A stretch of 63,211 nucleotides of DNA, filler included, from Octopus bimaculoides (GCF_001194135.2; 7 parts of 7 records of this genome joined end to end with filler, not necessarily neighbours in it); one strand, 5' to 3'. Numbered from the whole stretch's first letter, positions 25,270 through 38,142 are shown. Numbers and translations: made by a program. Notes: generated by a model from the letters alone, not told the origin.

Positions 25270-26303
25270 GTAAGAGAATGNNNNNNNNNNNNNNNNNNNN
25301 NNNNNNNNNNNNNNNNNNNNNNNNNNNNNNNNNNNNNNNNNNNNNNNNNNNNNNNNNNNNNNNNNNNNNNNNNNNNNNNNNNNNNNNNNNNNNNNNNNNN
25401 NNNNNNNNNNNNNNNNNNNNNNNNNNNNNNNNNNNNNNNNNNNNNNNNNNNNNNNNNNNNNNNNNNNNNNNNNNNNNNNNNNNNNNNNNNNNNNNNNNNN
25501 NNNNNNTGTGTGTGTGTGTGTGTGTGTATGCGTACGTGTGTGTGTTTGTGTGTATGTGTGTGTATGTAAGTCTGTATGTATGTGAGTGTATCTTGGTAAT
25601 CCATATATTTACTCAAGTTTATTCCATTCCATTTATATTATAGTATTGATTTCATCATGCAACCGAATAAGTAAAAGAACAAAAAGAAGGATTAATAGAA
25701 AATTTGAAAAATGTTCTTCGTCTTCTTTTAGATATGTTTCCAATTTTTAAATATCCTACTGACATACATTTGTGTCTCATATAATTATGTTTGCAAAATA
25801 TGGAGTGTCTCTGCTTCTGCTTAAACCCGAAATTCATCTATGGTTTGCTTAAAGAAGTCTATTCTAGGTTTGCTAGTTCAGTACTAGATACAAGTGCATC
25901 ATACGAGAGGTCCTCTCCCTAGTAACTGAGTCTACTGTAGACAATTGACACTTCACCATCAAATACTGTCCTAATATCTTGAGAAGGAAAAGTACACATT
26001 GGATAAGTGAAGCCTGGCAAACACCTGATATACTGGATAGATATGATTGAAATGATTGCGACCATATATGTCTGGTCAGCATGGATCTTGGGTGAGACAT
26101 CAGAAACAACATAATACAATAGAATTTATATATAAAACGTTGTACTTATTACACTCTTGCTCAGTGTGAAAACAGCTTGGAAATTCAGTTTCTACAATAA
26201 ATGTTCTTGTATTGAGCAATAAAAATGTGTTACTATGAAATACTGTTAAATATACCAAACATTCCAAATAGTCAGTATTTTGCCCTGCTTATTGTTGTTT
26301 GAT

Positions 26304-26626
26304 GAAGGCACGTAGCTTAGTGGTCAGGGTGATCGGCTCATAATCGAAAGGTCATGAGTTCAATTCCCAGCGGGGCGTTTTGTTCTTGAGCAAGATACTC
26401 TATTTTATGTTGCTCCAGTTTACTCAGCTGGCAAAATTGAGTTTTAACTGTAATTCGAAGGGTCGGCCTTGTCACATTCTGTGTCACGCTGAATTTGCTT
26501 GAGAAATACGCTAAAGGTATGCCTGTCTGTGGAGTGCTCAGCCACTTGCACGTTAATTTCACAAGCAGGCTGTTCCGTTGATTAGATCAGCTAGAGCCCT
26601 TGTCATCACAACCGATGGAGTGCCAC
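26304..26626 (+). mobile_element. Mosaic SINE family E (family D-like head/core plus family C tail)
   Basis: Core ttgagcaagatactctattttatgttgctccagtttactcagctg is shared with 49911. Tail gtcacgctgaat...gagtgctcagccacttgcacgttaatttcac...gatggagtgccac is shared with 16033. A second copy lies at about 45455-45770 on minus. Confidence 0.75.
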
Positions 26627-27104
26627 TTATTGTTATTTGAATCCGATGGATATTCTTGCTTGATTACTAACTAGCTCTTGTCTAGATTTTCATATGAACA
26701 AATGCATAATAAAGGAAGATTTACACATACACTTGTGTATGTGATGTTTTCAACTGCATCTGTGTGTAGATTGATGGATGTTCAGATATGTATCTAAATG
26801 AATGCAAAAACTAAATTTCATTCTTATCTCTAGAGTTGTTTACAGGAGGTCCCCAATCAAATATCTGTATTCTAAAATATGTGAATTTGAGAAATATTGA
26901 AAGCAATATCATTGACAGTCAAGTTAATACGGCTGAACGATACGAGTCTGTCAAAATGATATTTTGCTCACAGGTTGAAAGGTTTGTTGGTGGTTCTAGG
27001 AAAACAAATAATAATAGCTTTAAAATAAACTGAGCAAGGAGCATAATAAGCACAAAAAGGTGTGAGACACCGGATTTTGATTATACCATATTCAAATTCG
27101 TAAT

Positions 27105-27341
27105 GGTTAACCGGCCATATCCGGCCAAAATATTCTACATGTTTCATGTTCAAACTGGCCAGTTTGAAAGCCAACCCTACAACATAATTCCCAAAATACA
27201 ATATAATCCTACAATATCTTTCCATAAATTAAGTTATCTCATTAAAATCTCAAAGCTATGAGATAATCCATGTTTAATTCAAAACAATGTAATTGATTAA
27301 ACATTATTTTTGATAGAATAATTTGAATGCTAGAGGGTTAA
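27105..27341. mobile_element. Putative TTAA-type (piggyBac-like) MITE remnant
   Basis: Ends in aatgctagagggTTAA; the left end is degenerate. Recognised from memory of a common cephalopod repeat. Confidence 0.35.
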
Positions 27342-27651
27342 GTGTGAATATAAATCAATTTGTTAAGTGGGTAAACACTAAAAACAGCAACTGGCAGTGA
27401 TCTCTACAATTAGGTCCACATCACTGATCATCATATATTGTGAACCAAGAATATATCTAGTAAGTAAACAGGTCAATCATTCTAACAAACTTGTGGATAT
27501 ATTGCCTGAAAGTTGTGGTCCATGGTGAAAGAATTGTAAAGAAATTGATTTTAGAATGTAACTTTGGTCATCAAATACATTGATTTTCTGAGTAACTGCT
27601 CAGAGATAATTGTTTTAACTACTTAAATCACACATTTTCCATTAATTTCAG

Positions 27652-27771
27652 TCTGGAATGCTTCCTGTAATTTTCGTGAAGACACTTGCAATTATGATAT
27701 TGATTCTAAATATTCAAGGTACGGCTGGAGAACGAGCAGGTTGTCTGAACTAAGTGACCGTTCAGGTTCTG
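27652..27771 (+). CDS. MAM-domain gene exon B (version 1): N-terminus of MAM domain 2
   Basis: taatttcag|...|gtaatt; 120 nt, phase 1-1. Reads FWNASCNFREDTCNYDIDSKYSRYGWRTSRLSELSDRSGS(G), with the MAM CxF...C...W start, in frame with exons A and C. Confidence 0.85.
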
Positions 27772-27839
27772 GTAATTAACTCTCTTTTCTTTATCATTAT
27801 TTCAAGTAGAAATCGTATTCAAAATTTGANNNNNNNNNN

Positions 27840-27954
27840 AATGCTTCCTGTAATTTTCGTGAAGACACTTGCAATTATGATATTGATTCCACATATTCAA
27901 ACTATGGCTGGGGTATGGGCAGGTTGTCTGGACTAAGAGACCGTTCAAGTTCTG
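27840..27954 (+). CDS. Exon B version 2 (5' end lost in the 10-N gap): allele or duplicate
   Basis: NASCNFREDTCNYDIDSTYSNYGWGMGRLSGLRDRSSS(G), same donor gtaatt; 12 nt differences from version 1. Confidence 0.7.
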
Positions 27955-28600
27955 GTAATTAACTCTCTTTTACTTATCATTGTTTCAAGTAGAAACCGTA
28001 TTCAAAATTTGAATTACTATTAAAGAATTACAGAAACTTCTAGTTCCATATCTACAAGAAATCTTTTACATATTCCGGCAGAACTCTTTGGGTATGAAAT
28101 TCAAATCTCACCAAGATCAAATTTGTCGTCCGTGTAAAGTCGATAAATAATGTACCCGTCTTGATAATCAGAATAATTATAACTGCAAGTTTGTTCCATT
28201 CATTTGTATTACCCAAGGGAAATAACTTATCTTGATAAAGGAAGTAGCTAAGGAATAGTGTAGTACGTACTCGGTGCAAACACTGGTATACTAACGATGT
28301 GATATCTGGCAGATTACAAGAGAATCATAACTTCATATACGCTAAATAGATATGAATAGTCAATAGTAAGAACATCCTCAGCTGCTCACATTCTTCATTA
28401 GATGTTTTTTTATAGTTTGTTTCCTAGAGCATCACATTAGTGTTGGAATTGTGTAATAGTAATAAAAGTATGAATACATATAAAATATGGAAGAAATACA
28501 GTAACCATAAGAGCATCATAGCAAACCACAGCGCATACCCAAAGCACACAGAGCTGCGCTCGACAATGAAGTGAAAGCACGCTATAAAAATAAAACTACC

Positions 28601-28641
<41 letters not shown>

Positions 28642-28688
28642 TCGAAAAATACCTTAGGAATGAGAACCCAGGTTCGAAATTTCCCCAA

Positions 28689-28734
28689 GACACCTGATGA
28701 AGGCTGGAAGGTATATCAGCCAAAACGTTGTGTT
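28689..28734 (+). ncRNA. Minimal type I hammerhead-like motif, core G12 mutated
   Basis: gacac-CTGATGA-a-ggctg(10 nt)cagcc-AAAA-c-GT-t-gtgtt. Stems I and II pair and stem III is the palindrome AACGTT. Confidence 0.55.
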
Positions 28735-31700
28735 AATAACAAACAAGATGAGGAGAAATATCCGTCAAATGTAAATAATGTACATAATTCCTCATCTCTT
28801 AAATATAGAATTGTATAACTTGCTTTGGTCTCAAACTGGGTTTGGAAACCTAACATCGCTGAAGGCTGCACTTCAGCTCCTAAGATTGTACAGCTTTATG
28901 TTCCAACTTCTAATTACGAGTTAAACTAAGCGGTTTTAAGGGCAGTAACTGAGCAGCAATTATCATAGATCCATGTATTATTACAATTACATGATCCCCG
29001 TTAACATATATTTGAAGATTATTTTTGTCTTATCCCATGCCTGAAATATAGTACTGTATTTACCTACCGTATCAAAGGAGGTTAATTTATACATTTCTTG
29101 AGTAGGATAAAATTTTGCGTGCCGTCTTTCTCCAAATTAAAACTGTTATTGGCAGGCCATCACCAATATGATCAGTCTTTTCATGACCATCAACAATTCT
29201 TCGAACAAACTTTCAGGGAACACTTCTTATTAGTTACAGATATAATACTTGTGGACACAGTGTGATTTTTCTAAGTCAACAAGACCCATGGGATGCTCCC
29301 ACTGGAGTCTGGCTTTATGTGTAAGCTATGACTCAACCAAAATATAATTTTGCTTAACATGCAAGGTTAAAATGAGTTTCCCCCTATAAAAATCGAAAGT
29401 CATGAAGACAAGTAAACTAGATTTTATGTAATTTTCCTATCTATTTTATTAACTATGTGTCGAATTTAACCTGTATGATATTAATTTTCATTCATTTCCT
29501 TATTTTATTGGTCCATAATCAACAACCTTCTTTAGACGTTAATTTGTTAACCATCAGGTTCTTACCAACTTACTCCACATCAGTTCTTTAGCTTTAAAAT
29601 GCGTTTTCCCTAACTGTTTTCAAATACGTAACAGCTAACATCCAACGAAACACCGCCATAAAAGATATAGAACTACACCAAAGTGAAAACAATACTTTTA
29701 GGCGCCTTGATCTCTCCAAACTGCTAAGGATCATCATAAAAGAGAAACGGCTCTGCATGCAGTAGCACGAGCTCTCTAATGCTAATGCCATATCTGATAG
29801 AGAGAGGTTTAACAAGCTGCCTTTTATTAATGTTTTTAGCGAGGTCATTTCTCTTGTCAGAACTTCAGCATGGAGATGTACTTCCCCGATGCATAATTGT
29901 TATGTCAATATTGCCACAGTATATCATAGAATACAATGAAAAAATGCTTCCCAGTTGAGCCCTGTCATCAGACTGTACAAAGGCTCATCCCGTGGAAAAC
30001 ATTTCAGAAGATGCCTTATTTGATGATGAAGAATCTTAGATCCATTTATTTAGTTCGTGACTAGTGCAAGTAGTAAATCTGAAGATGCTAATATGCACAT
30101 TACAAATTTGTGAGTCATTTCTTTCCATTTCAGAAGATTTGTGGTCACCAATCCTATTTGTGCACACACAGCTAGTATGAAAATCACACTTTCTGTCCAC
30201 CTACTAGAAACCTATCAATCACCCATTATATTTAGTCTATTTGCTGCCCTGACTTTATACTCAAATTTCACCCTGAAATGTGTTATCCGCACATATATAG
30301 ATTTTACCCACCTACTCATTCAACTCCCATTTAGATATCAGTAATCATGACTCCAAATCATTTCTGTTCAATGTCTCCCGCTCCGTTTCTTCTAAATATC
30401 TCAGCTACTTCTATCACTTTCCGAATTCCTCTAACACTGACAACTCAGCCACCTTTCATTCTGCAACAAAATAATTTATCTCCCTTAACAACTCTTTGAA
30501 ATTATCATTTTCCATAACTTATTATGCATGACTCTTATCAGCTTTCATAATTCCCCTTAAAACTGATACAGCTGGTGCTATTAAACTCCTTACGAAAATT
30601 GGCAATACATTCTTGAATGACACGCAAGTACCTTAAGCATTGGTACTTTAAACATTCTTAATCTTTTGCACACCTCCAAACCCATCCTCTCTAAAATCAC
30701 CCTAATCTATTCACTTATATGATCTAATTACTGTCTAACCAAAGCTACTACAGATCCGCATACTATACAACAATATTGCCAACAACTACCATTACCACAC
30801 AGGCCCTATGATACTTCAAATCTGAAGAATTGAAGGTGACATTGAACCAGTGAAATGAGGATCATGGTTACTGATATGTAAAGGAGAGAGAAGAGTGGCT
30901 GGAGTAGCATGTTTTATTCTAATTATCCAATGACGGCAAATATACCTTATCTATCTAGGGAGCTAAGTAGGTGACTAGGTGACCAAAGCCATTCTCTTAG
31001 ACACGTCTCTTGATAGCCCTTGTAAAGAAAAGCTCATGCTTTCCAAAATCCAAATTAATTCACACCGAGTTACACAATAGTAATATAGATAAAGAAAATT
31101 ACATACAATGCTAGGAAAAGTTTGTATTTATCAAATAAAGTACACAAGTATTACCCAATCACAATTCATGCAAGACTTCCATCCGTTAAAATTTACAGAC
31201 TTCATATATCACACATTCTTCGAGCTTTTCACCACATAATTTTCGCATGTCTTATTTGTTCCCCATCAAAGCCATTTCAAGCAGACTAGTGGAATTCTCG
31301 TAACCACTGTTTGGCATTAAAAAGGAGATTCAGCCGTAGAGACCTTACCAAAACAGACGGCTGAAGCCTGATGTAGCCCTGAAGCTTATCAGTTCCTGCC
31401 AAACTGTCTAGTCCATGCCAGTATGGAGAATGGCCTTTAAATTATGATAATGATGATGATAATGGTGATGGTGATGATGATGATGAGGAGGAGGAGGATC
31501 ACCACCACATGTCGATTATAATGGTTCTTAAAGTAGGAGCATCAATGTTTACTACCGAATATGAACCTGATCTATGTTGCACAAACTAGACAACATAGTA
31601 TCAATAAAAATATATTTGATATTTGATAAATATTTTCATGAAATTATACCACAGTTTCATGAATTTGGAATAACATTTCTCTCATTGTATCATCAGATTG

Positions 31701-31989
31701 ACGAATGATCATTGGTGAATTCTTGGACAAGTGTTTCTCAATGCAATTCATTCTGAATATTTCTGAATCGGTAGCCTTTTCCTTGTTTCATGCCAATATA
31801 GTCCCTCTTACTAACAACTTTACAGGGTAGTACCAAGCACTACTGAAGACTGTTGAATCAATGATGATAAATATGGCCAAAGTATATTCGTTTCTACTTA
31901 CGTACATGGGCAGCAGGTCGGAAGAATTGCTTACATAGTTTTAGAAGTAAGCTTCATTCATACTCCTAACTCTTCTGTTTGTTTTGTAG

Positions 31990-32346
31990 GATACTACCAG
32001 GTATTTAAAGGGTATTACTATAGCACAATCAGAGCCAGATTAACATCACCTTTACTTGATCTTCCACCGACGAAAACCAAGGTCACGTTTTATTACTATA
32101 TGAAAGGTAGTAGTCCTAGAGAACTACAATTACGATTTGTGGAAGATGAAGATCAAAATTCATGGCATACTGATGCATCATACTTTTGGCAAGATTCTGG
32201 AGACCATGGATCTCTATGGCAATATGGTTGCATGGAGCTGCCTACTAGTAAAAAAGGAAGAATCGTGTTCTATGGTATGTCAGGAAGGAGATGGTCTGGT
32301 GGAATGGTACTTGATGATATTGTCATTTCCAAAGGTTCCTGTCAAA
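31990..32346 (+). CDS. MAM-domain gene exon C: body and C-terminus of MAM domain 2
   Basis: ttttgtag|...|gtaagt; 357 nt, phase 1-1, no stops. Reads GYYQVFKGYYYSTIRARLTSPLL...VTFYYYMKG...FWQDSGDHGSLWQYG...GRIVFYG...LDDIVISKGSCQ. Confidence 0.93.
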
Positions 32347-33354
32347 GTAAGTAGCTTTCTATTTTGTATCATTACATGTACTGAATAATTTTTGAAATAC
32401 ATTTTCTAAGTATTTTACATCTGTGTTATATATTTTATGTGAAAAAACACTTCGCATATTTTAATAAATTTTGTTCATTTAATTTTCCTAAAACAAAGTA
32501 TACCTTGTTGTATTTTGGGGGTGTTATTTGTGCTAATAAAAACCCATGCAGTAGTTCTTCATTATTTTTTAATTAACACTCAAGTAATCAACCAATTTAC
32601 TAAATGATTAGTATTGATTGCCTGGTTAACCCATTACCTACCAGTGATCTCATATGAGATCACTTAAAATTTACAAATTTCGTAATTATCTGTCAATATT
32701 TACACATATCTAACCTTTTTGCTATATCTACTGGGCATATTTCTCTGATATTCAAATGAGGTTTGCTAATTTTTCACCCAATATCTCGTTTATTTCTATT
32801 TAAAATGTTATTTTGAAATGTTATTTTGATCATTCCAGCGTGTTTCTAAGGCTGTTTTATGCTAGAAATCAAAGTTTCATAAAAAAGATTCCGGTTAATA
32901 GAATTATGGGAGGTAATGGGTTAATCATTCAGTTCATCCAGAAATCGTATGGTTTATCGTCTGTTCGTTACCATTCACAAAGTCCTCATTGCTATGCCCA
33001 CTTTAACCCAAATTTTCAGATGGATACAAATTGACAAACTTGACGAACTGAATGAGATTTAGTCAGATCTTCGTATTCTCACTAACGGGTTTTAGATCGT
33101 TAACTTGTTTTCGAGCAATACTTGACACAAACACCCCTCATATGTAATTAATCTGTGTTATTAGGTATGTTATGCAATTTTCGTATTCTTATAATAGTCT
33201 GAATTATATCATTTAATTGGAATACATCGTAAAAGTAGCGAGAAAGAATACCTACAAACACTTTTCAATGCTCATTTAATTCTATTGTTATTTTATCTGT
33301 GTCGGTTGAGATTCAGCAGAATTAGTAGGGTACAGAACAAAGTCATTTGGCATA

Positions 33355-35110
33355 CTTAGCTACATTTAAGGGATACCTTCAATTCTATCAGTCAGGATGT
33401 CATTCTCCGTGCAGTAAGGGAGAATGCGCTACAGTCTATTACATGGCTTAGTAAACTTAATGGGAGCCCTCTACATCTCCTTTGGTGACCACCTCATCCC
33501 ATCTTCCTCTGGATTCCAACATGGTGACCTATTTGGACCTACACTATTTGCACTGGGTATTGATGATATTACCAAGATGGGAGCTAACCTGGACTTTAAT
33601 GCTTGGTTTCTTGATGATGCTTGTTTAGAGTGGAAGGGGCATCCTGATAAGGTCCTTGCAGCTGCGAGGACGATGATTAAGGAACTTAGTTTTAGAAGCC
33701 TTATCGTTAACAGTTCCAAATGCGAGCTCCGGATCCTTGATCACACAGCTTCACATCGGCAAACTGTTAACCTATTTACAGATTCCTTTCCCTCTATCAC
33801 GGTTTCTCCTTCATTAGCACGGTGCTCTCTTGGAACCCCACTTATTGACCGAGCTTTCAAATCCATATTTTGATCCAAGATGGCTAACTTTGAGCAACCT
33901 TTAAAAAAAATTTTGAAAACTGAGCTCCACGAAGATTTTTATAGTTAGGAATTACATGTCAATTCCTAAGTTATTGTATTTTTCAGAGTTAGTCCATCTT
34001 AGAAATTCCTTCTAATGCTTTGACGACCTTATTCTCTGGAAACCCGAATGCTTGGTCAATGTCAGACCCTCTCCAGAGGAACACGATCAGTTTGCCTTGC
34101 CCAAACGCTTCTCTTTCTTCTATTCACGCTTTTTCTCCCTTTTGGTAGGCAACATCCTCTCCTTTCCAACATGGACTAGTTCCAACAGGAGATGAATGAA
34201 GCTCTGTTACAGTGGAGAGAGCTGGGTTTGTCAGTTCCTGATACATATGCAGAGAGTATGGGACAATCTACATTCAGGTGTTACTTTCAATCCTCTCTAT
34301 GATCAATTTGATCAAATTTCAAGGTGTCACCTATTTTCTGCTTGTGTAAAATTCTCGGGGGACTGGATTGGTGCCCCACCTGTGACCAGCATTGGTGGTC
34401 TACTCAATCTAGATGAGCTTCGCATCTCCACTGTACTCAGAATGGGATCGGATGACTGTAGGGGACTGAGATATCGCAGCAGTGGGTCCCTCTACCCGAC
34501 AGGTCTTCAAGGTCTCTCTTGACGCCTAAATGCTGATCGTTTCACTCGTAACACCGAGCTAAATTTAATCATTAAGTGGGCCCTGGCCCGGGTTAATATC
34601 CCCTCATCTCTGGAGCCAGTGGGTTTATCCAGAAGTGATGGGGAGAGAACAGATGGTCTTACCCTTTTCTCTTGGTAAGAGGTAAGTGCCTCATCTAAGA
34701 CGCCATAGTCGGTGACTCTTTTGTTCCCTCCCACATCCTGGATGCTGCTGTATATAGGAGAGTAACTGCTTCCATAGTGAAACAGAACAAAATCCTTAAA
34801 TATCAGGACATGTTAGTGAACTATTTTTCCAGCCTCTGGCGTTTGGGACTTTTGGAGGATGGGTCGTAACGATAAAGTCATTGTCAGCATTGGCGGCTTG
34901 TCATCATCGAGGTGTCATGTGATGCTTGTGAGCGTGCTTGGCTCTCCCAATGTCTATGCCATGCCATCGCCCGTGGTAATGCCGCCAATGTGCTGGTCCG
35001 TTGAACCTTGTGGTGTATGACTAATTTGAGCTCCTGATATTCAATTGAATTTTTCTTTCTTTCTTTTTTGTTTTTGTTTTTTTTTATTTTTGTCTCTTTC
35101 TTCTACTTTG
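33355..35110 (+). mobile_element. Decayed CRE-like (restriction-like endonuclease) non-LTR retrotransposon, 5'-truncated, intronic
   Basis: RT motifs FNSISQDVIL, SGFQHGDLFGPTLF and WFLDD. C-terminal RNTELNLIIKWAL...EPVGLSRSDGERTDGLTLFSW and IARGNAANVL, then a T-rich tail. Many frameshifts. Confidence 0.8.
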
Positions 35111-35555
35111 TTCCGCTTAATCCATATTTTAATCCCCGTTTCGTATTTATATTGTTAATGTGGTTTCGTATACATATGTGTCATATACCAAAGAAAAATT
35201 GACAGTCTTAATGAATAAAGCCACGCGGATCCGGCTAAAACAGACCCTGATTTTCAGCCTCCATATGTTCGAAACAATATGTCCTTTCAATCACTTGAAT
35301 CAATTTAAATTCCCAAATCTGTGACTGTCTCTATGTCAAAAATGTTTATTATTTCAGATTGTGGAAACAGTATCACAAGAGATTATAACGCAGTTTCTCC
35401 TATTTCACATCAACTTACCCCTGAAAGAATATTTTTTTCTTTTTGGGGTCAAGTTCTGGTCATACACTGGAAATGATGCGTAAATCTATAACTCTCTTTT
35501 TATGAATTTGTAACTTTCTACCATTGTCATAAATTGCTATCATTTTATGTTTTAG

Positions 35556-35714
35556 TTGGGATAACAAACCGCGTGTGCACCTTTGATAACCCAAAGTTCT
35601 GTAGTTACACAATTGACTGTATGAACCCTAATGAATACACATGGAGAAGAAATTTTGGAAGTACTTCTTCCCGTTATACAGGACCTAGCACTGATCATTC
35701 AAATGATAAAAATG
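35556..35714 (+). CDS. MAM-domain gene exon D: N-terminus of MAM domain 3
   Basis: ttttag|...|gtaagt; 159 nt, phase 1-1. Reads IGITNRVCTFDNPKFCSYTIDCMNPNEYTWRRNFGSTSSRYTGPSTDHSNDKN(G), with the canonical WxRxxGxTxSxxTGPxxDH motif. Confidence 0.93.
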
Positions 35715-36738
35715 GTAAGTTGTTTATACTTTATGTTATTTTCTTTTATTTATACATAACATTATATCCCAAAGTATTTTTAATGAAATTTGTTCCTGTA
35801 TAAATCAGTACGATAAGCATTTACATGAAGGAATACAATTTGCCTGGCGAAGACATTTTGTCTCTACATGTATGATCACCAACCTATGAAAAAAATAATT
35901 GTTCATCAATATAACCAGTGNNNNNNNNNNNNNNNNNNNNNNNNNNNNNNNNNNNNNNNNNNNNTTAATTAATTAANNNNNNNNNNNNNNNNNNNNNNNN
36001 NNNNNNNNNNNNNNNNNNNNCCACCACCACAACCACCACCACCACCACCACAGCCACCACCACCACCACCACAACCACCACCACCACCACATGTCAGCAT
36101 GATGGCAGATTACTTCTGGTCATTGATACATGATGGTATGGATGCACAGTGCAAGCAGAATCCAAAACACTCCTCTGTTTGGTTCAATATGTAGGCTAAC
36201 CATTAGGAGCATATCTTTTTCACATTCATTTCATTTGATGCTGATGTTTCATTATTCATTTCATGATGAACATGATTCATTTCATGTTGATTTGTTATAC
36301 ATATGTTCTTAAATCTAACAGAAAATGCTTTTCCATGATTACTTGCTTCATTCTGATAAAGTGACAATTTATTAAAAGTTCACAATTTTTATTATTATTT
36401 ATTTGTATTTTACTGAAAATCTTTGCATGATAGAGCAAAATAGTTTTCATATTTAAAATCAGCAACTCAAAAATATGTAAGATCACATCCATGAACAAAA
36501 ATTGAAAATTAAAAAATTCCCAAATGCAGACCAGTGTTATTGTTTTTGATATTGTAATGAGCTGTTATGAAGAAAACTTCTAAGTTACAAATACTCTATG
36601 CTTTTTCTTTTATATATAACTGTGTATAAATAGATACGTACATATCAATATATACACATGCATACATATGTTCTAACACCCTCTTTCTTTTCCTCTCACC
36701 ATCTACCACTGATTCTCTATCATTCTGTACTGTTTCAG

Positions 36739-36914
36739 AAATGGCAGTCTCATTGTACAATTTAAGATTATCTTTCGTATTATTGTGACTCAACCAGAAC
36801 CTGACAAACCTGCGGTACCAGAAATAAAACTTGATATATCCATGATCATTAAAGTACTGAATTCAACAAGCTCCAAGTCAATTTTGTCAATTACTAGCAT
36901 ATTGGAAGTTGAAC
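36739..36914 (+). CDS. Exon E: C-terminal half of a SEA domain
   Basis: tgtttcag|...|gtaagt; 176 nt, phase 2-1, open. Reads NGSLIVQFKIIFRIIVTQPEPDKPAVPEIKLDISMIIKVLNSTSSKSILSITSILEVE; GSxIVxFxxxF is the SEA cleavage-loop motif. Confidence 0.75.
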
Positions 36915-37998
36915 GTAAGTAGTTTGTGCATGATTTATATCAGTCTGTCTGCTTTCCCTTATTCCTAACAAATAAACAAACCTGCATGATCTATTGAAAT
37001 TTAAACCTCAATAACTGAATACCGTTACATAACATTGAATATTGATTCAATCTGTTTAATGACTTGTTCTTCAACAGCTATAACTAGCAATTCAGTGTCT
37101 TGTTTCAGGTTCCCATTCATTAATCACAACCAGTGTTCTTTACTTTCAACAACCTTCATTGTCGCAGGAATTGGCCATGTAATTCCATTTCTTTCCAGCT
37201 CCTTGTTCTGTTGTTCTTCCTTGTATTCTTGAATCCTCCGACTTTCAGTAAATTTTTGGACATAGTATTCCTTCTTCACTACATACAACATAATTTTTCA
37301 AACTGAATATAATATTTCTAACAATATCTTCTGCATTTAACAGTCTTCTGTCTCCTTCCTTTTAATGTAGGAAGAGCCTTTTGATATTGATTTTAGGTTG
37401 GTGTGCATTGTGTATTGAAAGCAGCTTCTTAATTCTACATAAGTTCTGTAGCAATATCAAAGGATATTTGTTGATGTCTTATATCACTTAATTAAATTAA
37501 TAAGTATGAAAAACAATATCAGATAGGGCTTTTTAAAAAATTTTTCTATCATCATCAGTGTACTCCAAAAAGTCATTTTGGTAGAATCTTTAAGTAAATG
37601 TCGACGAATAAAAAAACGAATTATTTTGAGAATATGACCAACAGCATAGATTTAGTAATTAGGGTAGCAGAGAAAATATGTTATAGATTTAGGTGTACCC
37701 CACCAGATGAATTTGATAAACAGCTAGACTGGCAGAACATGTATAATTTTAAGTACACACTGGAGTTAATGGGACCTGGCAAGTTTGAAATGTTGATAAT
37801 ATGTTTTTGTGAGAATTAATATTCTCTTTGGGGATTACAACTTCAAAATTCCTTTAGAAGAAAAATTAAGTTGATTATGATGCTGATCATAAGGAAGATA
37901 ATGATATTGATGATGATGTTGATAATGATGATGGTCTTGATGTTGATGATGATAGTGATGTTGCTGATGTCTAACATGTTTTTTCTTTTCTATTTCAG

Positions 37999-38019
37999 TT
38001 GTAACAGTTGGAACAACTG
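37999..38019 (+). CDS. 21-nt microexon F ((L)VTVGTT)
   Basis: ttttctatttcag|TTGTAACAGTTGGAACAACTG|gtatgt; phase 1-1, in frame after exon E. Confidence 0.65.
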
Positions 38020-38107
38020 GTATGTATCTTTAATTCCTTATTACAATTATTGTATATGATCATATTTTGTTTTCACCTTCACACACACTCATGCACATGC
38101 AAACTAA

Positions 38108-38142
<35 letters not shown>

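Noticed and set aside
25919-26119. Minus-strand RCLPGFTYPMC resembling an EGF motif
   Set aside because: Only two cysteines, no splice sites, and antisense within an intron. Likely chance.
29200-30760. Weak piggyBac-like (PQYIIEYNEKM) and LINE-like peptide traces
   Set aside because: Too degenerate to call by eye.
36021-36135. (CCA)n tract that could be a Pro- or Thr-rich mucin exon ending at G|gtatgg
   Set aside because: The 5' end is in a gap, the Thr frame hits a stop, and the Pro frame ends in phase 1, incompatible with phase-2 exon E. (CCA)n is also a common intronic repeat here. Left unresolved.
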